Source: Candidatus Zixiibacteriota bacterium
GTDB taxonomy: Bacteria > Zixibacteria > MSB-5A5 > GN15 > FEB-12
Length of the DNA: 64,000 bases
Assembly: GCA_024276275.1 (NCBI GenBank)
Contig: JAJRXM010000020.1
Coordinates: 3,231 to 67,230, forward strand
Direction of reading: 5' to 3'
Notes under the pieces: generated by a model
What the model was told of the DNA's origin: nothing
The model's input: only the letters and a program-made list of their open reading frames with translations
Databases searched by the model: none
Position numbers and translations under genes: made by a program
Part shown: piece after piece, positions 39,764 to 49,083 of the stretch
Layout of the letters: each line of letters opens with the position of its first letter
Position numbering within the stretch: the stretch's first letter is position 1

Positions 39764-40087
39764 ATGCGCAAAGCTAAAAAAACAACCAGAAAGAAAGTCG
39801 CAAAGAAAAAAGTTGCGAAGAAAAAAGTAGCCAAGAAAAAAGCTGCAAAGAAAAAAGCTGCAAAGAAAAAAGCTGCAAAGAAAAAAGTCGCAAAGAAAAA
39901 AGTTGCGAAGAAAAAAGTCGCTAAGAAAAAAGCTGCCAAGAAAAAAGTAGCTAAAAAGAAAGTCGCAAAGAAAAAAGTTGCGAAGAAAAAAGCTCGTTGT
40001 GCCGGTAAAACAAAAGACGGTAAAAGATGTAAACGTTTTACAGACGGCAGAGGTAAATTCTGTTCAGCGCATAAGAAACGCAGATAG
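39764..40087 (+). CDS. Lysine/alanine-rich histone-H1-like basic protein with C-terminal Cys3-His motif
   Basis: 107 aa. 13 consecutive AKKK[VA] pentapeptides, then C-x9-C-x10-C-x2-H ([26 protein letters not shown]). Confidence 0.7.
   Translation: MRKAKKTTRKKVAKKKVAKKKVAKKKAAKKKAAKKKAAKKKVAKKKVAKKKVAKKKAAKKKVAKKKVAKKKVAKKKARCAGKTKDGKRCKRFTDGRGKFCSAHKKRR
39797..39991 (+). repeat. 13 tandem 15-bp coding repeats
   Basis: Units of gyn-gcn-aag-aaa-aaa. The 30-nt block gtcgcaaagaaaaaagttgcgaagaaaaaa occurs three times (starting 39797, 39887, 39962). Confidence 0.9.
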
Positions 40088-40095
40088 TCTTATCT

Positions 40096-40126
40096 AAAAA
40101 AAAGCCCGCTTAGGCGGGCTTTTTTA
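40096..40126. terminator. Bidirectional intrinsic terminator
   Basis: A-run, stem agcccgc/gcgggct, T-run, placed between convergent genes. Confidence 0.8.
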
Positions 40127-40149
40127 TTGCATGCTTATATGTCGGTCTT

Positions 40150-43100
40150 TTAAAAATCAGCACCGGCAGAAAAATATGATGTTGTTCTAGGCGATATTGA
40201 ATTCATGTCTGTCGACCATGCAATATCATATCTTAAAAGTAAGAAACCTAAATTAAGTCTTAACCCGGTACCAAAACCCATTTTAATATCTTGTAGCCTA
40301 TTAACACCACCCACAGAAGTTCCGCCTTTAAAATTAGATCCCGTCCAGGCTGTTCCAATATCTGAAAAGAGTACTCCTTGGATTCTGCTAAATACTAAAG
40401 GAAGCGGGAATCTCATAGCAAAATAATCTATTAATGGAAAACGAAATTCAGCATTGATTAATCCATATCTATCGCCGGCCAGTTCATAATATGGTACACC
40501 GCGCAAAGGAGTTACAACATCGGCAAAATAAAGGTTCTTGAGATCATATACCGATGCATCGTATACTCTTCTTCCTATCCAGTTTGTAGTCCCACCCAAG
40601 AAATACAGCTTCGGAGTTGTTCCGAATGATGCTCCACTTGAAAATCTAAAGGCAAAGGAAAAAGAATTTTTAATATGCCAATATTTTCTATAATCAAATT
40701 CAACAGATGTAAATTGAATATCTTTTGAATCAAAGATATTTATACCGGAACTCAATGATAACTTTGCCCGTCTTCCGTTCACCGGTCCGGTTAATCCCCA
40801 TACTACATTATCAGAAATATATGAAAACTCTGCGACGGTAACTTTTGAATTCTTTTTAAATCCGTAAGTAGGGCTATATGTGCTAATAGCATCTGATGTT
40901 AAATAATTGTATTGTCGGTCAATAAAGTATTGTGAAACTGTTAGATCAACTCTTTTGAAGGTTGAAAATGGGTATCTGGCAAGACCTTGGAACCCATAAA
41001 AACGATCAGAGAAAAACACATTATTTACAAATGAATAAAACCTTTTTGAATGAAAAAGACCAAACCCGATATTCGTGCGTTTTTTATTATAGAAATATAA
41101 TATCTGTATATTGGACTGGTCGATAGTATTCACCAAGTCAGTCGCAAAGTAGAACTGATGATTTCCTAGGTAATCTGTCAAAATAAAATATGCTTGGCCC
41201 TGAAAACCATAAAATGTACTATATCCTGGTGTGGCATGCATGAAATCAGGTGTAAACTTCGGTTTATATTTTTTAATTTCATAGTTACCGTCAAGTCCCG
41301 GCCCGGGGCGTTCATCAAAATACTTTGGTTCATTGACCGGTTTACTGTTTTGTGAAGAATCTATATCGTTCGGAATTCCGATAAAAAGAGAATCAAAATT
41401 ATTATCAGTTTCTTCAGATACAAACACAAACCCTTCATCATATACACCGGTTTCAGAGGTAATCAATGAATCAGCAGGGTCTTCTGTATGTTCTGCTAAA
41501 AGTGTATCAGTTACCGTAGAATCATTTACGGTTGTGTCTGTTCCAAGAGTGTCTTCTAACAAAGCAATTTCATCAGGAGTTTTTAATATATTATAATCAC
41601 CGTTAACAAAAGCAGTGTTTGCCAAGACATTGTTTTCACCTTTCGGTAACAATTTTTCAAGCAAGAAGATATCAAATGCACCTTTATTAACAACCGAATA
41701 AGCAATTTTGCGTCCTCTAGGTCCCCAGGAAATTGATCGCACGCCTGTTAAGACGTCTGTAATCGGATAGATTGCCGATGAATCCAAATAAGCGATATAG
41801 ATATTATCGATTCCGTTTCTATTAGAAATAAAAGCTACTTTGGTACCATCAGGAGAAACAGAGGGAAAGATATTTGGACCTTGCCCGACATCAAGTTCTG
41901 TAACTACATCTTTTATATTGATATTAATTCTAAAAATATTATAAAATCCATATTTAAAATCACCGGGTAAATATGCCCCCTGTGAAACATATATATTTTT
42001 TTCCCATTCTGCCATTTGTGATTTTGAATGAGGTCTGTCAGATGAAAAAATCAACTCTTCAGAATTTGGAAGCCAACTTGGTTCTTTGTCGTCGTAGCGG
42101 TCATGAGTAATTTGTGTTAATTTTTCAGTTTCGATTTCATATATATATAAATCTCTGCGGTGTCCTTGTAATGCTGAGAATGCAATTTTTTTATTATCCG
42201 GTGACCATTTAGGTGAAAGGATATTATAAAAATTAAATTTTTTCTTTTGATAAATTTTATCTCTATTTAAGTCATAAAACATTAGAGTCGGATCACCGTT
42301 TGATTTTGCTACAAAAACCATTTTATCCCCGTCAGGAGAAAAAGACATTCCCGATACAAATGAATGAAGCGATTCTAAATCACCCGAACGAGAACCCTTG
42401 ACTAATTTTTTTATCTGAAATCCTTTATCTGAATCAATTAATACAATTTCGGTGTAATCGGACTTGTCGGTAAAAATTGCTATCTTGGTTCCATCGGGAT
42501 GGAATTCAGGTTTTTCATTAAAATACGACCCGTCTTTGCGGGCATGGGTAAGCTGTTTAGAAAATTCATCCGCTTCTTCACGCAAAGCAATCTCAGGCCA
42601 GTAACGGCGTTTCATCTCTTTTGAAAAACCTTTCCATAGTTTTTCTTCAGTAATTCCGAGAACCTCAACAAGGGCTTTATTCAGCGTTAGATATATCTTC
42701 CCTTTTTTTAAAATCTCACCCAGTTTATCCTCACCGTAAGTTTCGGCAATATATTTTATCATTGCCTGCCCTTGTTTGTAGGCTAAGAATCCTCCCAAAT
42801 AAGCAGGAGGTGCCAGATAATTATTTATTGTCGCATCGCGAACAAACATATCTGAAACATAATCCCAGCCATGTCTTGATGAATACTCGGCAAATCCTTC
42901 CGCATACCAAAGAGGTAGATTAAATAGTTTACCTCGGGAAATAAGCGATGAAAACGATTTACCGTAGATTAAATCATATACAAAAGCGTGTGTCAGCTCG
43001 TGATGCAGCACATGTCGGAACTCTTCATACGAACCGTTAAACGGTATAACAATTCTGTTTTTAAATGCTTCGGTAAAACCGCCGACCCCTTCGGGCAGAA

Positions 43101-43410
43101 GCCCCTGTGTAATATTTGTCTGTTGAAAATCATTGTGAGAGTTATAAACAAAAACCGGAATCTCTTTTTGAATTTTATAGTTTAGTTCTTTGGCAATTTC
43201 TACGTATGCTGATTCCATGACAGTAGCCGTAAACTTAGCCGTTTCATACGCATCTTCATAGAAATAAATGTCAAAATGCCTGGTTTGAATGTAACTCCAG
43301 TCAAAGTCTTTATAGCGAACTTTGTTTTTACCGAAATATGTTTCTTGAGCAGAGGCGATTGATGTCATTAAAATCAGAAGAGTTATAAAGAATAAAACAG
43401 CTTTTTTCAT
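40150..43410 (-). CDS. Large outer-membrane fusion protein: HExxH metallopeptidase-like domain + PD40/TolB-like beta-propeller + Omp85-type beta-barrel
   Basis: 1086 aa. Signal peptide, then VLHHELTHAFVYD. Six propeller-type motifs (FHPDGTKIAIF, FSPDGDKMVFV, WSPDNKKIAFS, WLPNSEELIFS, VSPDGTKVAFI, WGPRGRKIAYS). An acidic Thr/Asp linker. The C-terminal ~370 aa has a beta-strand pattern ending ...FSAGADF. Confidence 0.65.
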   Translation of the reverse strand: MKKAVLFFITLLILMTSIASAQETYFGKNKVRYKDFDWSYIQTRHFDIYFYEDAYETAKFTATVMESAYVEIAKELNYKIQKEIPVFVYNSHNDFQQTNITQGLLPEGVGGFTEAFKNRIVIPFNGSYEEFRHVLHHELTHAFVYDLIYGKSFSSLISRGKLFNLPLWYAEGFAEYSSRHGWDYVSDMFVRDATINNYLAPPAYLGGFLAYKQGQAMIKYIAETYGEDKLGEILKKGKIYLTLNKALVEVLGITEEKLWKGFSKEMKRRYWPEIALREEADEFSKQLTHARKDGSYFNEKPEFHPDGTKIAIFTDKSDYTEIVLIDSDKGFQIKKLVKGSRSGDLESLHSFVSGMSFSPDGDKMVFVAKSNGDPTLMFYDLNRDKIYQKKKFNFYNILSPKWSPDNKKIAFSALQGHRRDLYIYEIETEKLTQITHDRYDDKEPSWLPNSEELIFSSDRPHSKSQMAEWEKNIYVSQGAYLPGDFKYGFYNIFRININIKDVVTELDVGQGPNIFPSVSPDGTKVAFISNRNGIDNIYIAYLDSSAIYPITDVLTGVRSISWGPRGRKIAYSVVNKGAFDIFLLEKLLPKGENNVLANTAFVNGDYNILKTPDEIALLEDTLGTDTTVNDSTVTDTLLAEHTEDPADSLITSETGVYDEGFVFVSEETDNNFDSLFIGIPNDIDSSQNSKPVNEPKYFDERPGPGLDGNYEIKKYKPKFTPDFMHATPGYSTFYGFQGQAYFILTDYLGNHQFYFATDLVNTIDQSNIQILYFYNKKRTNIGFGLFHSKRFYSFVNNVFFSDRFYGFQGLARYPFSTFKRVDLTVSQYFIDRQYNYLTSDAISTYSPTYGFKKNSKVTVAEFSYISDNVVWGLTGPVNGRRAKLSLSSGINIFDSKDIQFTSVEFDYRKYWHIKNSFSFAFRFSSGASFGTTPKLYFLGGTTNWIGRRVYDASVYDLKNLYFADVVTPLRGVPYYELAGDRYGLINAEFRFPLIDYFAMRFPLPLVFSRIQGVLFSDIGTAWTGSNFKGGTSVGGVNRLQDIKMGFGTGLRLNLGFLLLRYDIAWSTDMNSISPRTTSYFSAGADF

Positions 43411-43521
43411 ATAAATATCAATTCCTTCGTAGTAGTTTGCATATCTATTATTAAAACGTATAAATACATCTTTTTGTTCACAGACCTCTTATAATTACTT
43501 TGTTAAGTAAAACTCAAAAAA

Positions 43522-44784
43522 TTAGCCTTGTATTCTTTTTATATCGGCTCCGAGAGCTTGTAACTTCTCTTCGATTTTATAATATCCACGGTCTACATGG
43601 TATATTCTGTTTACTTCAGTATGCCCTTTTGCCGCCAATCCGGTCAATATTATACCTGCTCCGGCTCTGATATCCGATGCCATTACTGCGGCACCCTCTA
43701 ATGACTTAACCCCGTTTATTATAGCCTCATCGGATGAGATATTTATATCTGCCCCTAAACGACGCATTTCCATCGTATGAGAAAATCGGTCATTGAAGAC
43801 TGTTTCTCTGATGTAAGAGGTTCCCGATGAAAGAGTTGTAACAGCCATAAGACAGGCTTGCAAATCAGTCGGAAAGCCGGGATAAGGAAAGGTTGTCATA
43901 TTTATCTGTTTTGTCCTTTTGGGAGCAGTAAGGGAAAGACCGTTTTTCAGTATTTTGATTTCACAGCCCATTTCAGTCAATTTATGGTTTACTATAGCAA
44001 GATGATGTGGGTTAAATCCCGAAAGTTTTACATTTCCACCAGTTATTGCGGCTGCCATCATAAATGTTCCCGCTACCAATCTGTCTCCCTGCACGGAATA
44101 TTCAATAGCTTTCAGTTCCTTGACCGGTTCAATAACTATATGAGGTGTTCCGGCTCCTTTGATTTTTGCACCTGCTTTGTTTAAAAATTCGGCAACATCT
44201 ACAATCTCAGGGTCACAGGCGGCATTAAAAATTTCGGTTGTTCCCTTGGCATTAACGGCACCGTAGAGGATATTTTCTGTTCCCGTATGTGAAGGTCGGT
44301 CAAAGTATATCTTCCCGCCGGTCAGTTTTTTAGCTTCGGCGATGACATACCCTTTTTTCTCGGTTACCGTTGCTCCCAGTTTCTGAAACCCACCGATAAT
44401 GAAATCGACAGGACGAGACCCGAGTACACATCCGCCCGGAAGCGACACTTGTGCCTCTCCCATTCGGACCAAAATAGGACCTAAAACCAAAAATGATGCC
44501 CGCATTTGACGCATAAGTTCATAAGGAGCAGTATTTTGATGAATATACGATGCGTCGACAGTCATAATATGAGCATTTTCATCATAACTGACCTTGGCAC
44601 CAAGATATTCAAGCACTTTTATAGCGGTAAATATATCTCGTAGTGGAGGAACATTTGTTAATGTTGTTTCACCTTTTTTAATAAGCAGAGTAGCAAATAT
44701 AATCGGCAGAGCGGCATTTTTGGAACCTTCTACTTTGAGTGAGCCTTTAAGAACTTTAGATCCTTTTATAATAAATTTATCCAT
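43522..44784 (-). CDS. murA: UDP-N-acetylglucosamine 1-carboxyvinyltransferase
   Basis: 420 aa. MDKFIIKGSKVLKGSLKVEGSKNAALPI, the active-site loop with Cys in PGGCVLGSRPVD, FPTDLQA. Confidence 0.95.
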   Translation of the reverse strand: MDKFIIKGSKVLKGSLKVEGSKNAALPIIFATLLIKKGETTLTNVPPLRDIFTAIKVLEYLGAKVSYDENAHIMTVDASYIHQNTAPYELMRQMRASFLVLGPILVRMGEAQVSLPGGCVLGSRPVDFIIGGFQKLGATVTEKKGYVIAEAKKLTGGKIYFDRPSHTGTENILYGAVNAKGTTEIFNAACDPEIVDVAEFLNKAGAKIKGAGTPHIVIEPVKELKAIEYSVQGDRLVAGTFMMAAAITGGNVKLSGFNPHHLAIVNHKLTEMGCEIKILKNGLSLTAPKRTKQINMTTFPYPGFPTDLQACLMAVTTLSSGTSYIRETVFNDRFSHTMEMRRLGADINISSDEAIINGVKSLEGAAVMASDIRAGAGIILTGLAAKGHTEVNRIYHVDRGYYKIEEKLQALGADIKRIQG

Positions 44785-45005
44785 CGTAATCCTTTTACTT
44801 GTAACCCTAAGCTGAGTCGGAAAGAGTGTTCAATTGTATCTTTTATCCAAGTATGCCTAACTATTAGACACCTGAAAGAGTAGTATGGATTAATAAATAT
44901 AAAAAGGAAAGTTTTAAATAAAAACTCAGACAAAAACATCGGTAAAATCGGTTCCCTTCTATTCTTTTTGTTGATTTTACCTTAAAAATAAATTACTCAT
45001 TTGCT

Positions 45006-45560
45006 ATGGCTCGTATAAAACAACCACCGCCCGGAAAACTGATTGTCTCAATCATCTATTCTTCTTTGGATGCACTATCCGATGCTCTTACCGCCCTTGA
45101 GAAAAAGTTCGGGAAAATCCAATATTAAACTCTCGAACTTGAATGCGAACAGGCACCGCTCTATGCCGAGGAAATGGGAGACAAACTGTCCCGACGATTT
45201 TTTTCGTTTGAAAAAAATATCTCGCGTGATACCCTGACCTCGATTAAAGCATCCTGTTACAAAATCGAGGCACAGTTTTCAGATAGAATTGATAATTTCC
45301 ATTTCCGCACAGTCAATATTGACCCCGGGCTTTTAACTCCGACAACTTTAGTAATAGCATCGCACAAAGAGGAATCGCATAAAATATATCTCAAAGACGG
45401 TGTCTATGGTGAGATTGTTATGATATATGCTCACGGAGGGTTTTGTCGTCTGCCTTGGACAAAATCGGACTTTTGCGATGAAGAGACTATTGCATTTTTG
45501 GACTCTGTTAAAGCTACCTTTGATGAGCCGAAATCAGAACAGGAGTTGCTGAACTTTTAG
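45006..45560 (+). pseudogene. DUF4416-family protein interrupted by an in-frame TAA
   Basis: ATG 45006 gives MARIKQPPPGKLIVSIIYSSLDALSDALTALEKKFGKIQY, then TAA (45126-45128), then the same frame continues TLELECEQAPLYAEEMGDKLSRRFFSFEK...NIDPGLLT...HKIYLKDGVYGEIVMIY. This is collinear with DUF4416 proteins as I remember them. Confidence 0.7.
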
Positions 45561-45580
45561 GGGTGTTAAAAGGGGATTGA

Positions 45581-46130
45581 TTGTTTAGAAATAACTCAAA
45601 CAGATTAAAAGATTTTGATTATGCCAATAACGGAGGGTATTTCATAACGATTTGTACCCAAAATAGTGTGCATATCTTTGGCGAAATTAAAGATGAAAAG
45701 ATGATATTAAACGATGTTGGGAGAATGGTTGAAAAATGGTGGTTAGAATTATCAAATAAGTTTAATAACATTAAGTTAGATGAATTTACTATTATGCCAA
45801 ATCATGTACATGGAATAATTATACTTGTAGGGGCAGACCTGCGTGTCTGCCCAAATGAAAAGGGCGAACACACAGGTTCGCCCCTACAGGAGATAATGCT
45901 AATGAATATTTTAGAAATGTAAAAAACAAGAATTGGAAACCGGTTGAAAAAAACTATGGCAACGGGGATATTACGACCATATTATTCGTGAAGAAAAAGA
46001 ACTATCAAATATTCGTACATATATTCAAAACAATCCTCTAAAATGGCATCTTGATATTGAAAACAGAAGTAATAATCGAAAAATTGAGTTGTTAGAATAT
46101 TATAAAGATATATATGAAAATAAATTGTAG
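45581..46130 (+). pseudogene. REP-associated tyrosine transposase (RayT / IS200-like Y1 HUH), degraded
   Basis: N-terminal YFITICTQNSVHIFG and the HUH motif MPNHVHGIIIL are in frame 1. NEYFRNVKNKNWKPVEK is in a second frame. LWQRGYYDHIIREEKELSNIRTYIQNNPLKWHLD is in a third, after the A7 run at 45947-45953. The usual segment between GSPLQ and NEY appears shortened. Confidence 0.7.
45827..45887. repeat. Inverted pair of GTAG-type REP hairpins (BIME-like), inside the RayT-like reading frame
   Basis: GTAGGGGCAGACCTGCGTGTCTGCCC on the plus strand and GTAGGGGCGAACCTGTGTGTTCGCCC on the minus strand, tail to tail, with spacer aaatgaaaa. Confidence 0.7.
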
Positions 46131-46185
46131 GCACAGACCTGCGTGTCTGCCCAAATAAAAAGGACGGTTTGCGAACCGCCCAAAA
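46127..46185 (+). repeat. Second copy of the REP unit, just 3' of the RayT-like gene
   Basis: GTAGGCACAGACCTGCGTGTCTGCCCAAATAAAAAGG is 34/37 identical to 45827-45863. It is followed by a different hairpin, ggacggtt/gaaccgcc. Confidence 0.6.
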
Positions 46186-46190
46186 CAATT

Positions 46191-46712
46191 TCAATCTTTC
46201 AATTTTGCGTATATATAACGATCGTACATTTTGCCGTTTATACATAAATAATTTTTCAATAACCCTTCCCGTTCAAACCGAGCTTTTTCCAAAATTTTCC
46301 AGGAAGCAATATTTTTTGGGTGAACATGGGCGTAGATTCGTACCAATTTAATTTTATCAAAACAATAACCGGTAAACATCTGTATTGCCTCAAGCATAAT
46401 CCCTTTTCCCCAAAAAGGTTTTGCCAGCCAGTATCCTAATTCGCCGTGTTGATGGGTCTCGTTGATAGAGTTTAAATCAATCATCCCGATAATCTCTTGT
46501 GTCTCTTTATTTTCTATACCGAAATGCAACGATGTCATAGATTTACGGTCATTTATACACATTGTAATAAAGTCTACTGCATTTTGAATTGTATACGGAT
46601 GAGGAATAACAGTAAACTGAGAAATTTCTCTCTCAGAACAATACTTAGCAATGGAGTCAGCATCTTCAAGAGTTGTATAGCGTAGATTTATTTTGTCCCC
46701 GATTATCTTCAT
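46191..46712 (-). CDS. GNAT-family N-acetyltransferase (RimJ/RimL-like)
   Basis: 173 aa. ELGYWLAKPFWGKGIMLEA (acetyl-CoA site region) and HPKNIASWKILEKARFEREG. Confidence 0.8.
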   Translation of the reverse strand: MKIIGDKINLRYTTLEDADSIAKYCSEREISQFTVIPHPYTIQNAVDFITMCINDRKSMTSLHFGIENKETQEIIGMIDLNSINETHQHGELGYWLAKPFWGKGIMLEAIQMFTGYCFDKIKLVRIYAHVHPKNIASWKILEKARFEREGLLKNYLCINGKMYDRYIYAKLKD

Positions 46713-47536
46713 GGTTCTACAATGTTAAAATGTTTTTTGGCTAATTCCCAAATATCTATTGGTTCGATATGGATTGAATCAATGATAAAATCAGTATGAG
46801 AAACACCATCTACAGTTTTTGGGTTTATATGTTCAAACTGATTTTTCTTAAATATTCTATAATTGTTATATTTCAAATTACTCGTAATTAGTTCAGGCTT
46901 TTCATGAGTGTAACCAATATCAAACATGCTACCATTATGACTTTTCGAAGTAACTCTAGGTGTACGTCTTTCATCAACTAAGGAATGAAATATAACAAAA
47001 TGCTGTTTTTTTACTTCTTTTAAAAAATAAAAAGCATCACATGCATTATGAAAATCATCAAAATAAGTTGAAGTTATGAGATAATTTGAACTATCTGGAA
47101 ACTTACCTTGATATTCGATTTTACTGTACGGACTACATGCGGGATTGTATGCAAATGCATTGATATATTCTAGGCTATCATTGTTTAAGACATTCCAAGA
47201 TGTAATAATACTTTTTGATAAATTAAGACCTGAATTCTGAAATGTGGATATAAAAAATGTATCTTTGGTTGGTATTTCTAATTTATCTTCAATGTATAGA
47301 CTAAACCAAAGATTTGATAATTGAGGTGCGACTCCAACCCAAATTTGTTCATCTATTATGTTAAAGTCTAAAGTCCATTCTTTTGGAGTAATAAAGTTAT
47401 TAACTTTTCTATCTTGTATATTTTTGAAATCATATGCGATTCGAACTTTTTTCAAATCATCCCGATGGATTGTTTGGCTTGAGATGCTGGAGGAGGAAAA
47501 TATAAATACTAAACAGCTTATTACGATAAGTTTCAT
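46709..47536 (-). CDS. Secreted protein of unknown function
   Basis: 275 aa. Signal peptide MKLIVISCLVFIFSSSSISS. AT-rich, with no recognisable domain. Confidence 0.5.
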   Translation of the reverse strand: MKLIVISCLVFIFSSSSISSQTIHRDDLKKVRIAYDFKNIQDRKVNNFITPKEWTLDFNIIDEQIWVGVAPQLSNLWFSLYIEDKLEIPTKDTFFISTFQNSGLNLSKSIITSWNVLNNDSLEYINAFAYNPACSPYSKIEYQGKFPDSSNYLITSTYFDDFHNACDAFYFLKEVKKQHFVIFHSLVDERRTPRVTSKSHNGSMFDIGYTHEKPELITSNLKYNNYRIFKKNQFEHINPKTVDGVSHTDFIIDSIHIEPIDIWELAKKHFNIVEP

Positions 47537-47540
47537 TCTT

Positions 47541-48062
47541 CTAATCTTTCAATTTGGCGTACAAATAATGGTCATGCATTGTACCGCCTACACAGAAATG
47601 ATTTCTTAACAACCCTTCACGCTCAAACCCTGCTTTTTCCAAAACTTTCCATGAACCGATATTATCAGGCTGTACATGGGCATATATTCGTTCTAACTGC
47701 ATTTCATTAAGACAGAATGAGGTTAGAATATTGATTGCATCAAGCATAATTCCTTGACCCCAAAAAGGTTTTGCCAGCCAATATCCCAGCTCACCTCGAA
47801 AATGAATTTTGTTAATAGAGTTTAAACCGATCATCCCTATTATTTCTTTGGTTTCACAATTTTCAATACCGCAATGTAACGATGTCATAGATTTTCGATC
47901 TTCAATACACATAGTAATAAAGTCTACCGCATCTTGATGAGTGTAGGGGAAAGGGATAAAGGTAAATTCGGAAATTTCTTTATCGGCACAATATTTAGCG
48001 ATAGAATCGGCATCATCAAGTGTCGGGTAACGTAGATTTATTTTTTGTCCGTTTAGTTGCAT
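47541..48062 (-). CDS. GNAT-family N-acetyltransferase, paralogue of 46191-46712
   Basis: From ATG 48062 (MQLNGQKINLRY...). About 70 percent identical to the other GNAT by manual alignment (46 mismatches over about 164 positions). Confidence 0.8.
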   Translation of the reverse strand: MQLNGQKINLRYPTLDDADSIAKYCADKEISEFTFIPFPYTHQDAVDFITMCIEDRKSMTSLHCGIENCETKEIIGMIGLNSINKIHFRGELGYWLAKPFWGQGIMLDAINILTSFCLNEMQLERIYAHVQPDNIGSWKVLEKAGFEREGLLRNHFCVGGTMHDHYLYAKLKD

Positions 48063-48093
48063 AGTATTCACTTTCAATTTATTTGTGAGGAAC

Positions 48094-48585
48094 TTACATT
48101 TTATTTGACGGTTTTTTCTTGTAGTACACAGAAATATATCCATCCTCAAAATTATCAATCAAATATAATGAAGTGCCTTCATCGTCGACATAAAATTCAA
48201 TTAGTTGGTCGTACCATCCATTTATTATAATAGCATTATAGCTTTCATCGTCAAAAACCGAAACTCTGCTATCGATATAATAATCTTTTACTTCATAAAT
48301 TTTATCATTACGAATTACAGAGTATTTAAAATTATCATTAATAACTATAGTTTTTGTTTCCTCTTCAGTTTCAGGAAACAGATAATCATTACTTATTTCA
48401 TTGTACGACTCAACCCATTCCCACTTTCCATAGATTGACGGCTCACTTTCAATAATTTCTTCATAACTATCATCAACAATTTCTACTTCTTTAATAATTT
48501 CTTCCATTCGTATAAGGCCACAAGAGATAAAAAAGAAGCTGATAAACAGAAAAAGTATTAATATTTTCAAATTATAACCCCTCAA
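48094..48585 (-). CDS. Small lipoprotein of unknown function
   Basis: Lipobox FFFISCG. Shares GKWEWVES with GKWQWVSS of the next gene. Confidence 0.5.
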   Translation of the reverse strand: MRGYNLKILILFLFISFFFISCGLIRMEEIIKEVEIVDDSYEEIIESEPSIYGKWEWVESYNEISNDYLFPETEEETKTIVINDNFKYSVIRNDKIYEVKDYYIDSRVSVFDDESYNAIIINGWYDQLIEFYVDDEGTSLYLIDNFEDGYISVYYKKKPSNKM

Positions 48586-49009
48586 TCTTCACATATTTAT
48601 GCCCGAAACAGTCATAACATATGTCAGTTAAAAACAGTGTGTCGTTTTCGATTTCCATTTCAGAACGTAAAAAACCGTCCATATAAATAACATCACCTGA
48701 ATCGTTCACATTCCAAATTTTTTCATAAGCTATAGTATATGACCCATTTGTATTTTCGATTCCGGTAGAATCAATTTTGCGGGATATAAATGTAGAGTAA
48801 CTGTCAAATATCAGCATTTTATCATATCCTTCAGTTGCGGGTGTTAAAGTCCATCCTGCAAACCCACCAATCGAACTCACCCATTGCCATTTTCCAAGAA
48901 GCTGTTCGTTTATTTTTAACGGTGAAACAGTAGATTTTCCGCATTGTAATAGAACCATAGATGTAACAATAATCCCTACTATTAACAAAATTACGATTTT
49001 TCGTGACAT
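48572..49009 (-). CDS. Small secreted/lipoprotein of unknown function, distant paralogue of 48094-48585
   Basis: ATG 49009 is preceded by AGGAGG (49020-49015). MSRKIVILLIVGIIVTSMVLLQCG. Confidence 0.5.
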   Translation of the reverse strand: MSRKIVILLIVGIIVTSMVLLQCGKSTVSPLKINEQLLGKWQWVSSIGGFAGWTLTPATEGYDKMLIFDSYSTFISRKIDSTGIENTNGSYTIAYEKIWNVNDSGDVIYMDGFLRSEMEIENDTLFLTDICYDCFGHKYVKIEGL

Positions 49010-49083
49010 TAAATCCTCCTTATTTAACAAGAACTAACAAAATACTTCTGTTTCTTTATACAATCAAGCCTAAAAACTGACGA

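Noticed and set aside
39706-39939. 77-aa ORF encoding FFFATFFF repeats
   Set aside because: It is the antisense shadow of the lysine-rich AKKK repeat gene. Poly-Phe simply mirrors poly-Lys codons.
39797-39991. Tandem repeat array as a possible CRISPR or minisatellite locus
   Set aside because: The units are 15 bp with no spacers, lie entirely inside a coding frame, and translate to a regular AKKK[VA] peptide.
45043-45237. 64-aa plus-strand ORF
   Set aside because: It is out of frame with, and fully overlapped by, the DUF4416 reading frame, which has the recognisable protein sequence.
45982-46245. 87-aa minus-strand ORF (…GQTRRSVPTIYF…)
   Set aside because: It is antisense to the C-terminal part of the RayT-like gene and reads through the REP hairpin, a typical REP-derived spurious ORF.
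46191-48062. GNAT genes as toxin components of GNAT/RHH-type toxin-antitoxin pairs
   Set aside because: There is no small antitoxin-like ORF adjacent. The sequences look like RimJ/RimL-type acetyltransferases rather than TacT/AtaT-type toxins.
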